Shown here piece by piece: positions 63,290 to 64,000 of a stretch of 64,000 nt of DNA. The DNA lies in the NCBI RefSeq assembly GCF_009834535.1, contig NC_045697.1, positions 16,308,001-16,372,000 of the forward strand, read 5' to 3'. The notes under the pieces were generated by a model that was not told the DNA's origin, made no database searches, and saw only the letters and a program-made list of their open reading frames with translations. Position 1 is the first letter of the stretch. The number at the start of each line of letters is the position of its first letter. Source of the DNA: Camelus ferus. Taxonomy: Eukaryota. Made by a program: the position numbers and the translations under genes.

Positions 63290-63915
63290 GCCCCGGTGAT
63301 TCAAGAAATGAAAGCAAGCCCCTTCAAAGGGATAGCTAAGAAACCCCAGAGCCCTGATAAAAACGCATCAAATGAGATGATAACGCCCCGCATTGATCAC
63401 CTCAGAAAGCCTGACTGAAGATGTTTATCCTAATCCTCCAATCCGGACACTTCCTGAGATATGGTCGGGAGGGCTAATTACTCCAATACATAAAAACGGA
63501 AATGCTCTCAACCCAAACAGCCAGAGAGATCCACATGAGCAGCAACAGCAGTAAACCCTGGAGCTGCATCCTTGGTGAAAGAATAAAGCAATGTCGGACC
63601 AGTGACAGCAACATCCATAAAAGCCAAATTGGATTCCTCCCTTGAAAATGAGCCACAGACTTCATCTCTCCCCCGATTGCTGCATATTAACAAACGTGTA
63701 AAAAAAATTCAACCAGGAGAAGAGATTTTCCTTGCTTTATTAGACTTTAAAATCGCCCTGGACTCAATCTGGCACCAGAAGTGAATCCACAACGGCTACA
63801 AAGGGAATGGACAGAAAAACAAATGACGTAGTTAAGTTTCCATATCAATCCATCAACTGAAGGATGGAAATGAGCAGAAATGGATGTCTTCAAGCGGGAA
63901 AGTGAGACAAGGACT
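63290..63915 (+). mobile_element. Ancient non-LTR retrotransposon reverse-transcriptase relic, RTE-X clade (L4/L5-like)
   Basis: Across frameshifts reads KKPQSPDKNASNEMI / LKMFILILQSGHF / PEIWSGGLITPIHKNGNALNPNSQR / IHMSSNSSKPWSCILGERI...IHKSQIGFLP / EIFLALLDFKIALDSIWH / GMDRKTNDVVK / KVRQG: collinear N-terminal RT motifs. Confidence 0.75.
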
Positions 63916-64000
63916 CACATTTCATAGCTTAATAGAGACTAGGATGAGTTACTCCCAGGGCCGGAGCTGTGCCTGAGCTCAGGGCCTCTGATAAACCAAA

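Noticed and set aside
63602..63784. Functional reverse transcriptase or retron-like system
   Set aside because: Multiple frameshifts and stops, homology ends near VRQG before the catalytic DD motif, and the context is mammalian.
1..64000. Naming the host locus or neighbouring gene
   Set aside because: No coding exon that I can recognise; a locus name would be a guess without a search.

Overview
AT-rich, CpG-poor mammalian genomic DNA, intergenic or intronic, with no recognisable protein-coding gene, rRNA, genuine tRNA or CRISPR array. A tRNA-Ala-derived SINE and several young L1 3' ends point to a cetartiodactyl, most likely a camelid (inferred from remembered repeat consensus sequences, not searched). 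A large share of the window is decayed interspersed repeats: L1M/HAL1, L2, MIR, MaLR/ERVL/ERV1 solo LTRs and Tigger/Charlie/Tc2 DNA transposons, often nested. The supplied ORFs are chance frames or repeat remnants. Most notable: (i) a frameshifted reverse-transcriptase relic at ~63.3-63.9 kb that is neither L1 nor L2 (RTE-X/L4-L5-like) and unusually retains CpGs; (ii) repeat-poor, motif-dense blocks that could be conserved enhancers (0.7-2.5 kb, 39.3-41.9 kb, 58.6-59.1 kb, 60.4-60.9 kb); (iii) a consensus CTCF site; (iv) a GC-rich 89-nt hairpin; (v) scattered + strand exon-like segments; (vi) a four-level transposon nest. I found no convincing new biological system. Repeat family names and boundaries are by eye and approximate.
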